A DNA stretch of 63,646 nucleotides, counting the filler, from Craspedostauros australis (Eukaryota): NCBI GenBank assembly GCA_030167865.1. It is 8 parts of 8 records of this genome, joined end to end, with 100 filler letters (N's around TTAATTAATTAA, not from the genome) between each part and the next. Parts side by side here need not be neighbours in the genome. Positions count along the whole stretch, not along the records: positions 1 to 29,593 come from JALAGF010003899.1; 7 more parts are not named here. One strand, written 5' to 3'. A program made the position numbers and the translations under genes. Positions 1-11,623 of this stretch are shown one piece after another (within the stretch, counting starts at the first letter, position 1; every line of letters begins with the position of its first letter). The notes below the pieces were generated by a model. It worked only from the letters and a program-made list of their open reading frames with translations. It was not told the DNA's origin and searched no databases.

Positions 1-1
1 G

Positions 2-253
2 AAGTTCGGCCTCATCTTGCTCATCGCCGTCATCCAAGCAACCATCGGTGCCTTCATCGTGTTCAACACGCTCGTGATCTGCTTCGGTCCCAAGAATCCC
101 TCCAAGATGTATGACGCGCTGAAGGAGAAGTGTTCAAGTGGAAACCGTGACCCATCGCCAACCAACAAGGATGGAGACAGCAGCGACACGAACAGCGAGG
201 AGGCAAAACACATCGACACCAACACGAAAACGCACGCATCTCACTCCTACTAA
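2..253 (+). CDS. 3' end of a Patched/Dispatched (RND/SSD)-like membrane protein, 5'-partial
   Basis: Frame open from the window edge. KFGLILLIAVIQATIGAFIVFNTLVICFGP resembles the last two TM helices of Dispatched/Patched-family proteins (KFG...hydrophobic...FGP), followed by a polar tail and TAA. Confidence 0.45.
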   Translation, partial: KFGLILLIAVIQATIGAFIVFNTLVICFGPKNPSKMYDALKEKCSSGNRDPSPTNKDGDSSDTNSEEAKHIDTNTKTHASHSY

Positions 254-1086
254 AAGGATCACACCTTCAACCGATCAGTTTGCATTTCGGCATCAGAAGA
301 GTGACACAAACAGCACGCACAACGCACAAACCGTCACGAAACACCTGAAACCCAAGCACAGAAGATGCAGAGCAGAGTCCTCCAAAGTATAATCGTGTAT
401 ACTCTCTACAAATATTATAGATGAAAGGATACATATTCAAACAGTGGGTATGATGATGGAACTGAAATCAAATCAGCCATGAACTACTCTAAGCACCACA
501 CCATACCATAACTGGACAATAGAGTTGAGTATGATTAAGTCGATGACTGTGAGCACCCATGATCGTCTGTTGCGCTGGTGTGCCGCTGATGCGCAAGGAT
601 ATATTTCTCTGTGAGAATTGTCACACTGTGTGGTTGCCGACACGAGCGTATCGGCGACTTGGCGGTGGAGGGAAGCGATGCAGGCCACCCCCTCTCTGTC
701 TTTTTCTGAGATTCGTTTTCACAGGATTTGATGGAGAAATCGACATTCGTGATTCAGTTGGAGAAAGACAACTCCAGAAATCGGAACAGAACAAGAACCA
801 TCATCTGATTTTGCGCCCGCTGACTCACACGAAACAAAAGAAAGGAGGAAAGGTGTCCGATGAGCGCTGACGAAAGATCCAACAACACCACACACTCTCA
901 CTCGCTGTTTCTTGTTGACGCAGTCTTGGCACTCCTGTCGCACGGCGGCGCCCACAGGGCACGCCAGCACAATTCATCATCAGAGCTTCTGCGAAGCAAA
1001 GCAATAATTGGAGCAGAGCGAAGCATAGAGGAGAGAAGAGAAGAGTTTCGAACGGTATCGCAAACAACCAGAGCCACCAAGCAATC

Positions 1087-2658
1087 ATGAAGTTCACAGA
1101 GTGTGCGAGGCTGTCATTGGTTGCGCTGCTGGTGTGGATACAAACTGGAGCATCCAAGGCGCTGCAGCTGCCGTCGGCTTTCAATGGAAATGAACCTCAG
1201 GACGCTGCTGCGACGAGGAGATCATTTCTGAACAAGGGTATCGTGGCGACAGCGACATTTGGGGCTGGATTGATGAACAAAGCATCATCCTCGCTTGCTG
1301 AGGATACTTCATCTATTTTGCCATCGTCCACGAGCTTGTACAACGTTCAGCCGGATGCCAGCCCCAATCTTGATCCCAAGCTGGAGAGGATGGATGTAAG
1401 TGCAATATGAACGGCATGTGGAATCTTATGCCAGGGTTGCAGCTTTCTCAGTTCATTTCGTCAGTCAATCGATGGACATCCTCATGTCAAATGGAGATCT
1501 CCCTCTTTCGCAAGCCCTTTTGTTCCATTCTCAACCAAAAGGCTGACACGCTGACTCTAACCTTGCACTGTTTCTTGCGTTCCTTCATGACATGATGGTA
1601 TGCGTGTTACTGATCCCAATTCATCTTTTGTGGCGACTCGTCTTGTTTCTTCCTACCCTCGTCAGAACTTGAACTTCGTGCGCTCGCTCTCGTCCAACTC
1701 GGGATCCATCTGGTTGGGCGAGCACCACAACTCTGAGAAGGACCACGCCTTCCAAAATCAATTCATTCGATCCATTTATCAAGAACGACGACGATCTAGA
1801 AACCAAGCACCCGTCGCCATCGGCTTGGAGCAGGTACAGGCACAGTTCCAGCCAGTCCTCGATGCTTACATCGCCAAACGAATCAACATCAAGGAACTGC
1901 GTGCCCAAGTCGAATGGGATCGTCGGTGGACGTGGTCGTTTGAGGGATACCAACCCATCTTTGAAACAGCAAGGGAATTTGGAATGCCTCTGTTGGCGTT
2001 GAATGTCAATTCCGAAGATCTTTCCTTGGTCGAGAAGAAGGGCTACCCTGGACTGCCGCGAGAGCGGATGAGCATGTACATCACAGACCGGCAAGGATTC
2101 GCATCCTTCGCACAATCACGCCAATTCTCCACGTACGTGAACTATGTCATCGCACCATCCTATGATATTCATGAAAAGCTGGGGTTGCTCCAATACACGA
2201 TGACTGGAGAGAAAATGGACGAGCCGTTGTCGTTTCGCAATTTTCTATCGGGCCGTATTCTGTGGGACGAAGCCATGGCGTCACGTGCTCACACGTGGGT
2301 CAGCGACAATCCCAACGGGCTCCTCATCGGATTGGTCGGTGCAGATCATGTCAAATTCTTGAACGGCATTCCAGCCAGATACAGTCGCATCGCAAAGAAC
2401 AAAGCCATCGACGTTACCAGCAACAATGCTGGTGTGCAAGACAGCGTCGCCGTCATCATCAATCCTACCCTCATCGATTCGCGTCCATCTGGATCTGTCG
2501 TCAACGTGGATGGTTCAGACTCCTCACAGACCCCTGATCGCATCACGTTACAGTTGAGGTATCTGAAGGATGGTGTTGACGCCTCGTCAGAAGCCCGGCG
2601 ATTGCCGGAAAGCACGGGAGGAGTCATGCCGTTCGCGAACTATATCGTCGTGACATGA
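1087..2658 (+). CDS. ChaN/Tiki-superfamily haem-binding-uptake domain protein, predicted thylakoid lumen; exons 1087-1395 and 1666-2658
   Basis: Phase-0 intron GTAAGT(1396)..TCGTCAG(1665) joins the two ORFs in frame. Motifs IWLGEHH, IGLEQV...FQPVLDAY, YQPIFETA, LALN, WDEAMA, LVGADHVKF match ChaN-like proteins. N-terminus is signal peptide + transit peptide + twin-arginine TRRSFL. Confidence 0.8.
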
Positions 2659-2814
2659 CCAAGTGTTTAGCAGAACGGAGATGGTAGAGTACCGGTGGTA
2701 CACCATAGTCAAGACGAATGGGCAGACAAGGCGCCGACCAACGACAATAATAATTTGTGAAAAAAAAACAATCATACAGTCAAGTTGATATTTGTCATGT
2801 TCTCTCTCTCCAAC

Positions 2815-2833
2815 GAGAGAGAGAGAGAGAGAG
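2815..2833. repeat. (GA)n microsatellite
   Basis: gagagagaga... run seen directly. Confidence 0.85.
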
Positions 2834-3098
2834 CCGCAAACCTTCAGTCAACCATCGAGGCTGCTTCAATCACGGATCCCATCCACCATCATCCAAGAAC
2901 CTCGCACCGCATTGACTTGCGATTTCATCAACTACAAGAGCATTTGGTCGACAGCAACACAACTCAGGGTGGCAGGTAGCTTCATCGTGGCGCTCTATGT
3001 AGTTGCTTGCCCAAGATTCTCCCCTATCCTACGACTCGTAGAGGTACCAATACACTTGCTGTATGATGAATTCCATCTGTGCACTCAACTCTTCAGAG

Positions 3099-6000
3099 CT
3101 ATCTGCGAAAGAATGTCGAGTTTCCCGTTCGCGCGCTCCTCGTTCCGGTTTGATACGATGCGTCGTCCGTGTGAATACTGGCCGAGTCTCCGCTCATGGC
3201 GGATCCGATCCCCAACACGGCTTCATTCATCGAGTACGTGACATCGGACCACAGAGACTTCAACGTGCACATCACATCTTCTTGAGGGACGGCGCATTTC
3301 GAAGGGCTTTCCGAGACGTAGTACGTGGTGCCCGAGCTTTCCGTCGACACCGTATACGATCCTGTCGTGCCTGTGTCATTGGTGAACCCAGTTTCATCCG
3401 TATGTCCTGTTCGGCCGGTGCAGTGAGACGCATCGTCATGCGATGCAGATCCGTACAGGAACAGTTTGCGGAATCGTGTCCTCGTGGCAGGCTTGCCTGC
3501 CGTGATGCTGATTTCGTCAGACGGCGTCGTCTTAGTGATGCCCCCGAACTCATCCAATAGTCTGCGGACCTTCGAGGCTGGCACACCTGACTCGATCGCC
3601 GAGGCAGAAATGCGCTCTCGCTGTTCTTCGGTGAACCTTCCCGTAAGGCCACCGACACCGCCACCCTTGAGAATGTCTGGACCGGCAATGCGAAGAAAGG
3701 TGTTCAGGTAATTGATTTCATCTCGCGATGCACCCAATGGTCGAAGATCGTCGCTGTCAGCCTCGTCACAGCTGCTGCCATTGTGATCGTTGTGATTTCC
3801 ATCATCGTCATCCGAATCATCTTGGAAATGACGAGCCACCTTGATAGCTCCAGCTGCACGGTTGATTCGAGGATGTTTGCCATAGTTCACACTTGGATCA
3901 GCCGTCTCCGAATCGTCGACGTCATGGTCAGTCGCACATGCGAGGACGTCATCGTCCTCGGAAGCATCCACGACGTCTGCAATGATTTCACCATCCACGG
4001 GCACATCACCCAGGTCGGTGCATTCATCGTCCAAGATGTTGCCAAGATCAGATACTGTTCTCTTCGTCACCACTTCGTTGGATCCATCATCCAAATCGGC
4101 TTCTTGCTTCTTCTTTTCAATGTTGGATTCCAGATATTCAAATGGATTCCCAATCTCTGGCAGTTCGATGGTGTTGGTTTTCTTGGTCGCTAGTATCACG
4201 TTGCTGACAGTCAGTTTGGATGGTGCAGAACTTCCACCCGCCGCATTGTTGGATGATCCAAGATGAAGCGCATTGGTATTACGGATTTCAGCTTCCTGGA
4301 CGCTCTGCTCCGAATCATCGATCGTGATAGTATCGTCTTCGTGGATTCCGGATGCAGATTGCAAAGCTTCCTCTGGGATCTCGATGCCCATGGATTTCGC
4401 AACTTTTTCGATGGATTGTCGCTCCTCCGCCGTCAATCCCCCTTGACGGACGGTTGGCGCTGCCATCTTCATGAACTTCTGAAGAACTTGAGCTTTGCGA
4501 TCGTCGGATGCCAGGGCGTCGGCTTTGCTGTCCTTAGTGTTGCCATCGGTGTTGCCGTCGTGAATGGTTGTAGAAATCGGATCCTTTTTCGTGGGCGTGC
4601 TCGACGCAGGGTGTGTGTGAAGGAGCATGGTGCTGTCTTTTCTCCGATCCTCTTTGTCCCCATCGCTGTTGATAACTGCAGGACTGGTCGTCGGGTCTGC
4701 CCTGTCATCGTTGCCCTGTTGATGCTGGGATCGTCTCGTCCCTGTCTTGTCGTTGGCAGGTGGTCGCCCTACGTTGTTGTGCTCCATTGTTGATGACTTG
4801 TTCTGTCTGGATGCTGCTCTTGCTTCTTGCATCTTCGATTGTTTCTGATCTTCGCCAAATGCAAGGAAGACGCTGTCGTGCAAGGATTCTTCCTCGTTCT
4901 CTAGATCCTGCTTGTCACGAAAGTAGTTTATCGCAGCCGGCCGTTCCGGGAATGACATGGACTTCATCATGTCGATCTCGTCCTTACCTTGCGCTTGCGC
5001 TTGCTCTTGCTCTAGCTGTTGGTCAACAACAGATGGATGATTGGTTTCGCGATCCCTCTGTCGTTGCCGTTGTGTCTCATCGAGGGAGACTGGACTGTTT
5101 GGATGTTGCACTTGTGTCTTCTGCTTCTGTTGCAACCTATTTGCGTCGGAACTTTGATCGTTCTTTGCGACGTCCCACTGTGCCAGTGGATTCGGAAGAT
5201 TGATGACGGGAATCGAATTGCTCCATACATTGTCGTCATTGCGCTTGTCGTCAAGACGTTTCGTGCTTTCATGATTGGGAATGTGAGGAATCGAATCCAC
5301 AATGGGGAGTTGTGCCGGCGCTGCATGCTGTTGCTGTTGTTGTTGCTGCTGCCTTGCGTCGTGATGTTGTCTATGACCTTGGGGATGATTCTGGGCATCT
5401 GGCCGTTCTCGTTGGTCGGTTTGTGAGCGGAGGTACCGTTGGGACTGATCTTTCTTGTGTTGGTGCTGTTGGTGCTGCTGCTGGTGCTGCTGGTGCTGCT
5501 GGTGCTGTTGCCGCTGTTGCTGCTGTGGAAGTCCCGCCAGCCGAAGTTCTGATGCGCCAAGCGATGACAAATCGCAGGATGCTTGGTCACCGAACCATTC
5601 ATTGGATGAGACAGAATCGGTGCTCATGGTGGTTGCTTCGAGCTCGCTTCTTGGTGACCGTGCGGAGGACGATTGGAGCTTGGCATGACGTTCATTTTTG
5701 TTGTTGCTGGGGTGCTGTCCACGGTGACTCCGCTTGGGCGGGTTGATGCTGCTACTACGACTCTGACTGCTCGTAGCAGTGGTCTGCGTTCCTCCTGATT
5801 TCGTTTGTGCGATGTCCAGACCGTACGAAGCTGTATCGCGTGCCGGGGGTTTGAGTTTCATGAGGACAGACCTACCCGACACCGATGCGGATGGCACATG
5901 CCTCGAGTATCCCTTCATCTTCGTTTTCGTCTTCGTTTTCTTCTTGTCGGAACCCGACAAATGTGGAAAAACGTCGGATTGTTGTTCTTGCTCCAGTTCA

Positions 6001-6671
6001 TGCTCTGGCTCTTGCTGTCGGCTTTGCAGCTGCGATTCAGTGGTGCTCATACCTATTGCTGTCGTTTCTTTGCATGAGGGCTGTGGTTCTCTTTGAATCT
6101 TGCTCATGTTGTCCTCTTCGAATGGCGACCAATCGAATGTCGTGTGGCTATCAGGTATCGGCTTGGACGATGAGAGGGACTGCTTGCGTTGCTTCTGCTT
6201 CACCATGACTGGTCGACCGAAAGAGGCCCTCGCCTGTTTCCTCTTGTTGTTAAAGAGGCCTTGGCTACGATTGGAACTATCGTTGTATGGGTTGTCATTG
6301 AGATTGAGATTGAGATTCATGGCGGATGAGCTTTCCGTCTGATCGTGACTGCGGCTCTGGCTCTGGGTGTAGCTCTGGCTATAGCTTGTGGTAAAGTGCC
6401 TCGCGTAGGACTGGTCGTCACTGTCCTCCGTAGTTGTCGGTGCCATGTCAAATCGCACCCAATCCCTGCCACCGCGTCGTTCGTTCATATGTGGCGTAGT
6501 GACGTCTGGATCTTCGAAGGGCATGAGCGGGAAGATGGACGTATCAATCGGATCTTCCACCGTTCCTTGGTGCTGAAGACTGGTTGAAAAGCCAATGCCG
6601 CCGCCGTCGGAGCTTGCTACGTCATCATCCATGCGTCGGAAGCCAAATCGGCCCATTGGCATGGATGGCAT
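3099..6671 (-). CDS. Long, mostly disordered hypothetical protein with polyQ/QH tracts and two copies of a small helical repeat
   Basis: Uninterrupted ORF of ~1190 aa, first ATG at 6671. No family recognised. Confidence 0.7.
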   Translation of the reverse strand: MPSMPMGRFGFRRMDDDVASSDGGGIGFSTSLQHQGTVEDPIDTSIFPLMPFEDPDVTTPHMNERRGGRDWVRFDMAPTTTEDSDDQSYARHFTTSYSQSYTQSQSRSHDQTESSSAMNLNLNLNDNPYNDSSNRSQGLFNNKRKQARASFGRPVMVKQKQRKQSLSSSKPIPDSHTTFDWSPFEEDNMSKIQREPQPSCKETTAIGMSTTESQLQSRQQEPEHELEQEQQSDVFPHLSGSDKKKTKTKTKMKGYSRHVPSASVSGRSVLMKLKPPARDTASYGLDIAQTKSGGTQTTATSSQSRSSSINPPKRSHRGQHPSNNKNERHAKLQSSSARSPRSELEATTMSTDSVSSNEWFGDQASCDLSSLGASELRLAGLPQQQQRQQHQQHQQHQQQHQQHQHKKDQSQRYLRSQTDQRERPDAQNHPQGHRQHHDARQQQQQQQQHAAPAQLPIVDSIPHIPNHESTKRLDDKRNDDNVWSNSIPVINLPNPLAQWDVAKNDQSSDANRLQQKQKTQVQHPNSPVSLDETQRQRQRDRETNHPSVVDQQLEQEQAQAQGKDEIDMMKSMSFPERPAAINYFRDKQDLENEEESLHDSVFLAFGEDQKQSKMQEARAASRQNKSSTMEHNNVGRPPANDKTGTRRSQHQQGNDDRADPTTSPAVINSDGDKEDRRKDSTMLLHTHPASSTPTKKDPISTTIHDGNTDGNTKDSKADALASDDRKAQVLQKFMKMAAPTVRQGGLTAEERQSIEKVAKSMGIEIPEEALQSASGIHEDDTITIDDSEQSVQEAEIRNTNALHLGSSNNAAGGSSAPSKLTVSNVILATKKTNTIELPEIGNPFEYLESNIEKKKQEADLDDGSNEVVTKRTVSDLGNILDDECTDLGDVPVDGEIIADVVDASEDDDVLACATDHDVDDSETADPSVNYGKHPRINRAAGAIKVARHFQDDSDDDDGNHNDHNGSSCDEADSDDLRPLGASRDEINYLNTFLRIAGPDILKGGGVGGLTGRFTEEQRERISASAIESGVPASKVRRLLDEFGGITKTTPSDEISITAGKPATRTRFRKLFLYGSASHDDASHCTGRTGHTDETGFTNDTGTTGSYTVSTESSGTTYYVSESPSKCAVPQEDVMCTLKSLWSDVTYSMNEAVLGIGSAMSGDSASIHTDDASYQTGTRSARTGNSTFFRR

Positions 6672-7140
6672 CGTGTCGACGTTCGCTCCTGTCAATCAAT
6701 GTACGAGCAGGATATCGCACACCGTTCTTGTTTTGACTCTTTTGGGTTGCCTTGTTGCAGTTGGTCACGGAAGAAGAGGCCAACTAGGTTTCCTCCAAAC
6801 AGATTGGATTGAGGTGACGATGATGATGATGATGATGGTGCCTGTCGGTGATGCAGATAGGACGAAAGGTGTTCGTCCTGTTCTCGTCTGTTTTGATGTT
6901 GCTTCACGATCGAAGGGGCGCGAAACGAGGAACATCCGAAAAAGCGGTTTCACCGTGAGCGGTGATCGATGATCGGTTGCTTGTCGCTTTCTCTGATGCA
7001 ACAAGCCAGAAGGCACCGAGAGCGAAACCGCAAGATGCAGAAGAGGCTGTTCCTTTGCGGTACCTTGTTCTCCTTGCTTTCGTCTCATCGGGACAGCGCC
7101 TGGATGATGGCAATCGGTCGCTCTCGTGACTTTCACTCCC

Positions 7141-7185
7141 ACAGTGTTGACAGCGTTGACAGCGTTGACAGCGTTGACAGCGTTG
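7141..7185. repeat. 9-bp tandem repeat (ACAGCGTTG) x~5 in the divergent intergenic region
   Basis: acagtgttg acagcgttg acagcgttg acagcgttg acagcgttg seen directly. Confidence 0.85.
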
Positions 7186-7679
7186 TTTTGTTTGTGTTCT
7201 TTTTGGTTTCTGGCGACAGATCTCCAACACATCACACATCCAAAATGTAACGATTGTTTGTTGATCAACTTAATACTTGAATATAAATGAATGTTCACAG
7301 AACATCTACGACACATTTCAGACGTTAGTAATAATGGTGTAACATTAGCGCACTAATATAATATTAATCAGGAGTCGCCCGGCGCGTGTATTGGACTCGT
7401 ACGAGTAACATGTCCGAGTTTGGGCATCGTTCGGGTTTTCGAGAACTTGCCACCAATGTGCCAAGATCTCCCAAACAATCACCAGACATCATCAACGAAG
7501 ATGGCACACAACACAAGGACGATCTGATACGAAACCGACACAACAGAATAGTAGGTAAGCAAGGAGATACAGGGAGAAGACGAGGAGGAACAGGAAGCGC
7601 ACCACACCACATGAACACAGCACACACATAGCCTCCTCTGTTGCCACAATCATCCATCAGCAAAGGAGGAAGGACCATC

Positions 7680-10013
7680 ATGGCGAACAAGGAAGCGATT
7701 GTGTTCTGCGTGGACGCCAGTCGTTCCATGAAACGACCATGGCGATTCGGCGGCTCTGATGGTGCCATGGATGGCAACGGTGACGTTGACGATGGATCCA
7801 GGTTGGACAAAGCCAAGGATCTGATCCATCGAATGATTGTGGACTTGATGCTGCGTTCCAAAACTCACGAGGTTGGCGTGGCCGTTGCCAAGACGCGCCG
7901 GACAAGACATCACAAGTGCCCGCCCTCCTCCAACGATGACGACAACCACGAAGAGTACGACGATGGCAGCGATGTGCCATTCCCCAATATTACAGAACTG
8001 ATCGTCAACGAGTACGGCATTGCAAGGCCGGATCTGCAGATGCTGTACAACACCGATGACATCCACGCCTCCAAATCGGCTCGCGGTGGCGACATTGGCG
8101 ATGCCGTCGTTCTTGCCGCGGATTCCTTGTACGCTCGAACAGCAGGAAAGAAGTTCAAACGGCGCATCATGGTGTTCACGGATTGCAACACGGAAATCGA
8201 CATGACCGCTGCCAACCAGCTGCCGCTGGTGATCGATAGCCTCTTGGCGATGGAGTGCCCCATCGATATCGTCGGCTTGGACAGCAAGCTCTTCAAACCG
8301 CTCAAGGTCAAGCGCGAAGCAAAGCCAACGCCATCGTCGTCATCAATAAAGAAGGCGAAGAAGACGAACAAGGCGAACAAAGATGGCACCAGTAAGAGCA
8401 AGAGTGAGATCAAGAAAGGAAAGGATCCTAAAGACGACGCCAAGGCCAAGGTCAACAGCAAGAGCAAGAACAAGCCATCGTTCAGTCAGCTCGCTGCATT
8501 ACTTGATGGCGACGGCAACAGCGACAGCGAAACTGATGCTGAAGACACAAAGGAGGAAGCAGTGGCCAAGAAAACCGATGGTGAAAATGATAGCAGCGAC
8601 ACGGATATGGGAGAAGGAAAGGGAGACGACAGCGCCATTGAAATGGATGATGATGAGACGAATGAAGATGTGGAACAGGAAGACGACGTCGATGATGATG
8701 ACGACGACGACGACGATGATGATGCCTCGATTGACTCCCTCATGAAGGGAAGCAAGTCTTTCATGGTCGGTCTGGCGGAGAAAACAGGTGGCCGGGTCTA
8801 CGCCATCAAGGATTTGGAAACTGAAATCCAGAACACCTTTGGAAAGCGCAAGGTCAAGTCCACTCGATTCACATTCGCATTCCAAATCACGCCTGATCTC
8901 ATTCTGGACACGGCCAGGTACTCCCTGCTCATCACCAAGCCAAATCCACCCAAGATCGTCAAGAAGGTGACGATCACGACTGACGCAGATGGCGACGTGG
9001 GCGACTCCGTCGGCAATGACGACACGCAACGAACGGGATCTGCCATGAGTCAAACCTGGGGACAAAGCCAGACGCCAGCACAGGGCAACGCCACAGCAGA
9101 CCCTCCAATCGAGTCCTACAATGATGTCGAGAACTTTGAACGGATCTACACGCACTGGGACCAGGAGAACGAAGGGCAAGAGGTCACGCAAGACCAGCTT
9201 GCGCAGGCACACCGTTACGGATCGGATCTGGTTGCCATCGGGGCAGCGGATTTGCAGGGCCTCACAAGACGCTCTCCGAAGGTGCTCAAGATGCTGGGGT
9301 ATATGGACGCCGCCAAGGTGCCGCGAGAGGTGCTGATCTCCCCGCCATACATCATCACTGGAGGAGACTCTCGCCATGCCTGCGCTGCCATTTCCGCCCT
9401 CGCACGTGCACTGAAGCGCATGGGCAAGGTGGGCATTGGGACGATGGTGAAAACGAAGGACCATCATCCTGTCCTGGTTGGTGTCTTCCCTCTCGAGAAC
9501 GGCGCAGAGCCGATCCATCTCATGTTCATCCAGCTTCCTTTCAAGGGTGACGTTCGAGACCTCTCGGCATTGCCAAATCAGATGGCGGAGTATGCAGACC
9601 GTGACGTGCCGTCGCAAGTAAAGCACGAAGAGGGCTGCGGCCCCAATAACAGCGAGACCGACGACGATGACAATGAGCATGCCAAAAAGGAACATCAAGC
9701 GTGCGATGAACTGATCGATGCATTATACCTTCCATACGACGAGCTGGATTACACGAGAATTCCAACGCCATACAACATGTCCTTCCATCAAACGATGTCA
9801 AGGCGAGTCCTGGATGATGAAGCACGGCCATTCTTGTTCCGTAGAGATGGCGCAGATCCCATGGCCACACCTCAGCAGGTGTTGCGAGGGGCCAAACATC
9901 CTATGCGGCAGTTCCGAAATCAATTCCCACTTTTGGCCGTCACGCAGCCTCCGACAGACGCCATGCAACGGAACAGGAACACGTATCGGAACTACTTGAA
10001 TGTGAATAACTGA
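7680..10013 (+). CDS. KU80: Ku80 (XRCC5) NHEJ DNA-end-binding subunit
   Basis: vWA start NKEAIVFCVDASRSM and KKFKRRIMVFTD. Ku core motifs HRYGSDLV, LKMLGYMD, AISALARALKRMGKVGI, FIQLPFKGDVR, IPTPYN. ATG at 7680. Confidence 0.85.
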   Translation: MANKEAIVFCVDASRSMKRPWRFGGSDGAMDGNGDVDDGSRLDKAKDLIHRMIVDLMLRSKTHEVGVAVAKTRRTRHHKCPPSSNDDDNHEEYDDGSDVPFPNITELIVNEYGIARPDLQMLYNTDDIHASKSARGGDIGDAVVLAADSLYARTAGKKFKRRIMVFTDCNTEIDMTAANQLPLVIDSLLAMECPIDIVGLDSKLFKPLKVKREAKPTPSSSSIKKAKKTNKANKDGTSKSKSEIKKGKDPKDDAKAKVNSKSKNKPSFSQLAALLDGDGNSDSETDAEDTKEEAVAKKTDGENDSSDTDMGEGKGDDSAIEMDDDETNEDVEQEDDVDDDDDDDDDDDASIDSLMKGSKSFMVGLAEKTGGRVYAIKDLETEIQNTFGKRKVKSTRFTFAFQITPDLILDTARYSLLITKPNPPKIVKKVTITTDADGDVGDSVGNDDTQRTGSAMSQTWGQSQTPAQGNATADPPIESYNDVENFERIYTHWDQENEGQEVTQDQLAQAHRYGSDLVAIGAADLQGLTRRSPKVLKMLGYMDAAKVPREVLISPPYIITGGDSRHACAAISALARALKRMGKVGIGTMVKTKDHHPVLVGVFPLENGAEPIHLMFIQLPFKGDVRDLSALPNQMAEYADRDVPSQVKHEEGCGPNNSETDDDDNEHAKKEHQACDELIDALYLPYDELDYTRIPTPYNMSFHQTMSRRVLDDEARPFLFRRDGADPMATPQQVLRGAKHPMRQFRNQFPLLAVTQPPTDAMQRNRNTYRNYLNVNN

Positions 10014-10236
10014 GTCAAGCACATGGTGTCGCAACGCCGTTGATAGATCGTTGTGGTGTGATGCGGTGTTCGTGTGCAATCATTGCTTATCCAATGATCG
10101 AGTGTCAGATAGGTTCAATCCACGCTCATTCTTCATGCCATCACAATGCCTCCGAACCCTCCCCCGTCAATCTCATCACGCTCATAGTGCATCATCCTTT
10201 TCTAACTCATCTCATAGCGCAGAGTGTATTCATTGC

Positions 10237-10910
10237 TTAAAATTGGCAAAAGAACTTGGGTCGTCGCTTGTTCGGAGCCGTCGTCACCGCGCCATCAGTG
10301 GAAGTCTTCTTCCCCAACTTTTTCTTCGCGCGCCGCGAACGCTTGACAGGGACTTTGTTTTCACCCTTTGGCGACATTGTTTCGTTGGCATCAATGGCAA
10401 CAGCGCTGGTGGAAGTGGCAGTGACGACCATGTCCTGCGTGGCTTGCGACTTTTCGAATACAGACGATATGCGTTCCAAGGACTCCATGGATTGCTTCCC
10501 AATGTTTTCCTGCAGTTTTTTCTGAATCCTTGCGGCAGTCTCGTTGTGTGCTTTCTGCGTTTGATGAACATGTGTTGTGCATGTCGTGGTGGAACACCAC
10601 AGAGCAGAGTACCATGCAGCACGCAAGATGACATGCGATGGTGGAACATGGAGCATGGAAATGCGAAGACGTGAAGAAGAATGGGAGGCAGATTCTGTCA
10701 GAAGTTGATGCGGTGCAGATTGAGAGTTAAACAGCCGCAACACATGCCGCGCCAAGCACATGGCACGCCAAGCACATGCGAAGGATCAGTGCTCGATCAT
10801 CCGTGGTCACAACGTATGCCACCGACAGCATGTGAACTCACAGTGCCGATGGTGCTCCGGAATTCGGATCTGGCCTTTCGCTTGCACTTGGAACGGATGG
10901 ATTTCGCCAT
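10237..10910 (-). CDS. Small basic protein, LLP-homolog/DUF2423-like; exons 10910-10842 and 10554-10237
   Basis: Exon 1 (missed by the ORF track) encodes MAKSIRSKCKRKARSEFRSTIGT, resembling the MAKSLRSK.KRK.R N-terminus of LLPH/LAPS18-type proteins. GTGAGT donor and ACGCAG acceptor join it in phase 0 to a K/R-rich exon. Confidence 0.65.
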
Positions 10911-11623
10911 GGTTTCTCGTTCTTCTCGACAAAATGCGAGTAAATATATATTATAAGATTATGTAGGAGTATGTGTGGTGCTTCAATTGAATTCGACTTG
11001 ATTCAGTTCAATGGCATGTAGTTCAATGCAATGCGACGAGGGATCGGTTGGGGTCGTTGGTGGGAGCGGCGTCCGGAAAGAGACGGAGAGCGCGAGCGTC
11101 GGATGATTTGTGCGAGAGCAGCGCTGTGCTTGCAGCACTGCGAAGTGTGTGGTTGTGTTCTTTGGTGTGGATGTTGTGGTGGGCGTTGTCGTTGTTTGTT
11201 CTTTTGTCATTTCGGTCTGTGTTTCGTGTGACTGGTGGAGAACAATCTAACGACGTGCAGACTTTTGAGACGATAGCTATGGTACAAAGTTAGAGAACAT
11301 GTCAGAACATATCATGACACCAGGTTCCGCTCCAAGCATACTATTCACAGTCTTCCTCGTTCTTCGCGACGCTCCACCATGCACGTACCATACCATGATT
11401 CACAGAACGCTATAGTTTGATTTCATGAATGTACTTGCATAATACTTGTACGCAGAAGGAGTCTAAAGTGACTCTCAGCTTTTCGTGATCAGCCTCTGAT
11501 CGAATTGGAGAATCAAGAGTCGCTGCAGTGCGTTGTACATGCGAAAGCGTGGGCTCGTGGCTCTCTCTCTCTCCCTAGAGAGACGACAGTATCGCAAAAG
11601 CATCGCTGCCCATGGACTTACTG

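Noticed and set aside
7141..7185. Short tandem repeats here and at 31381-31431 as a CRISPR-like array
   Set aside because: No unique spacers in an extended array and no cas genes; simple minisatellites.
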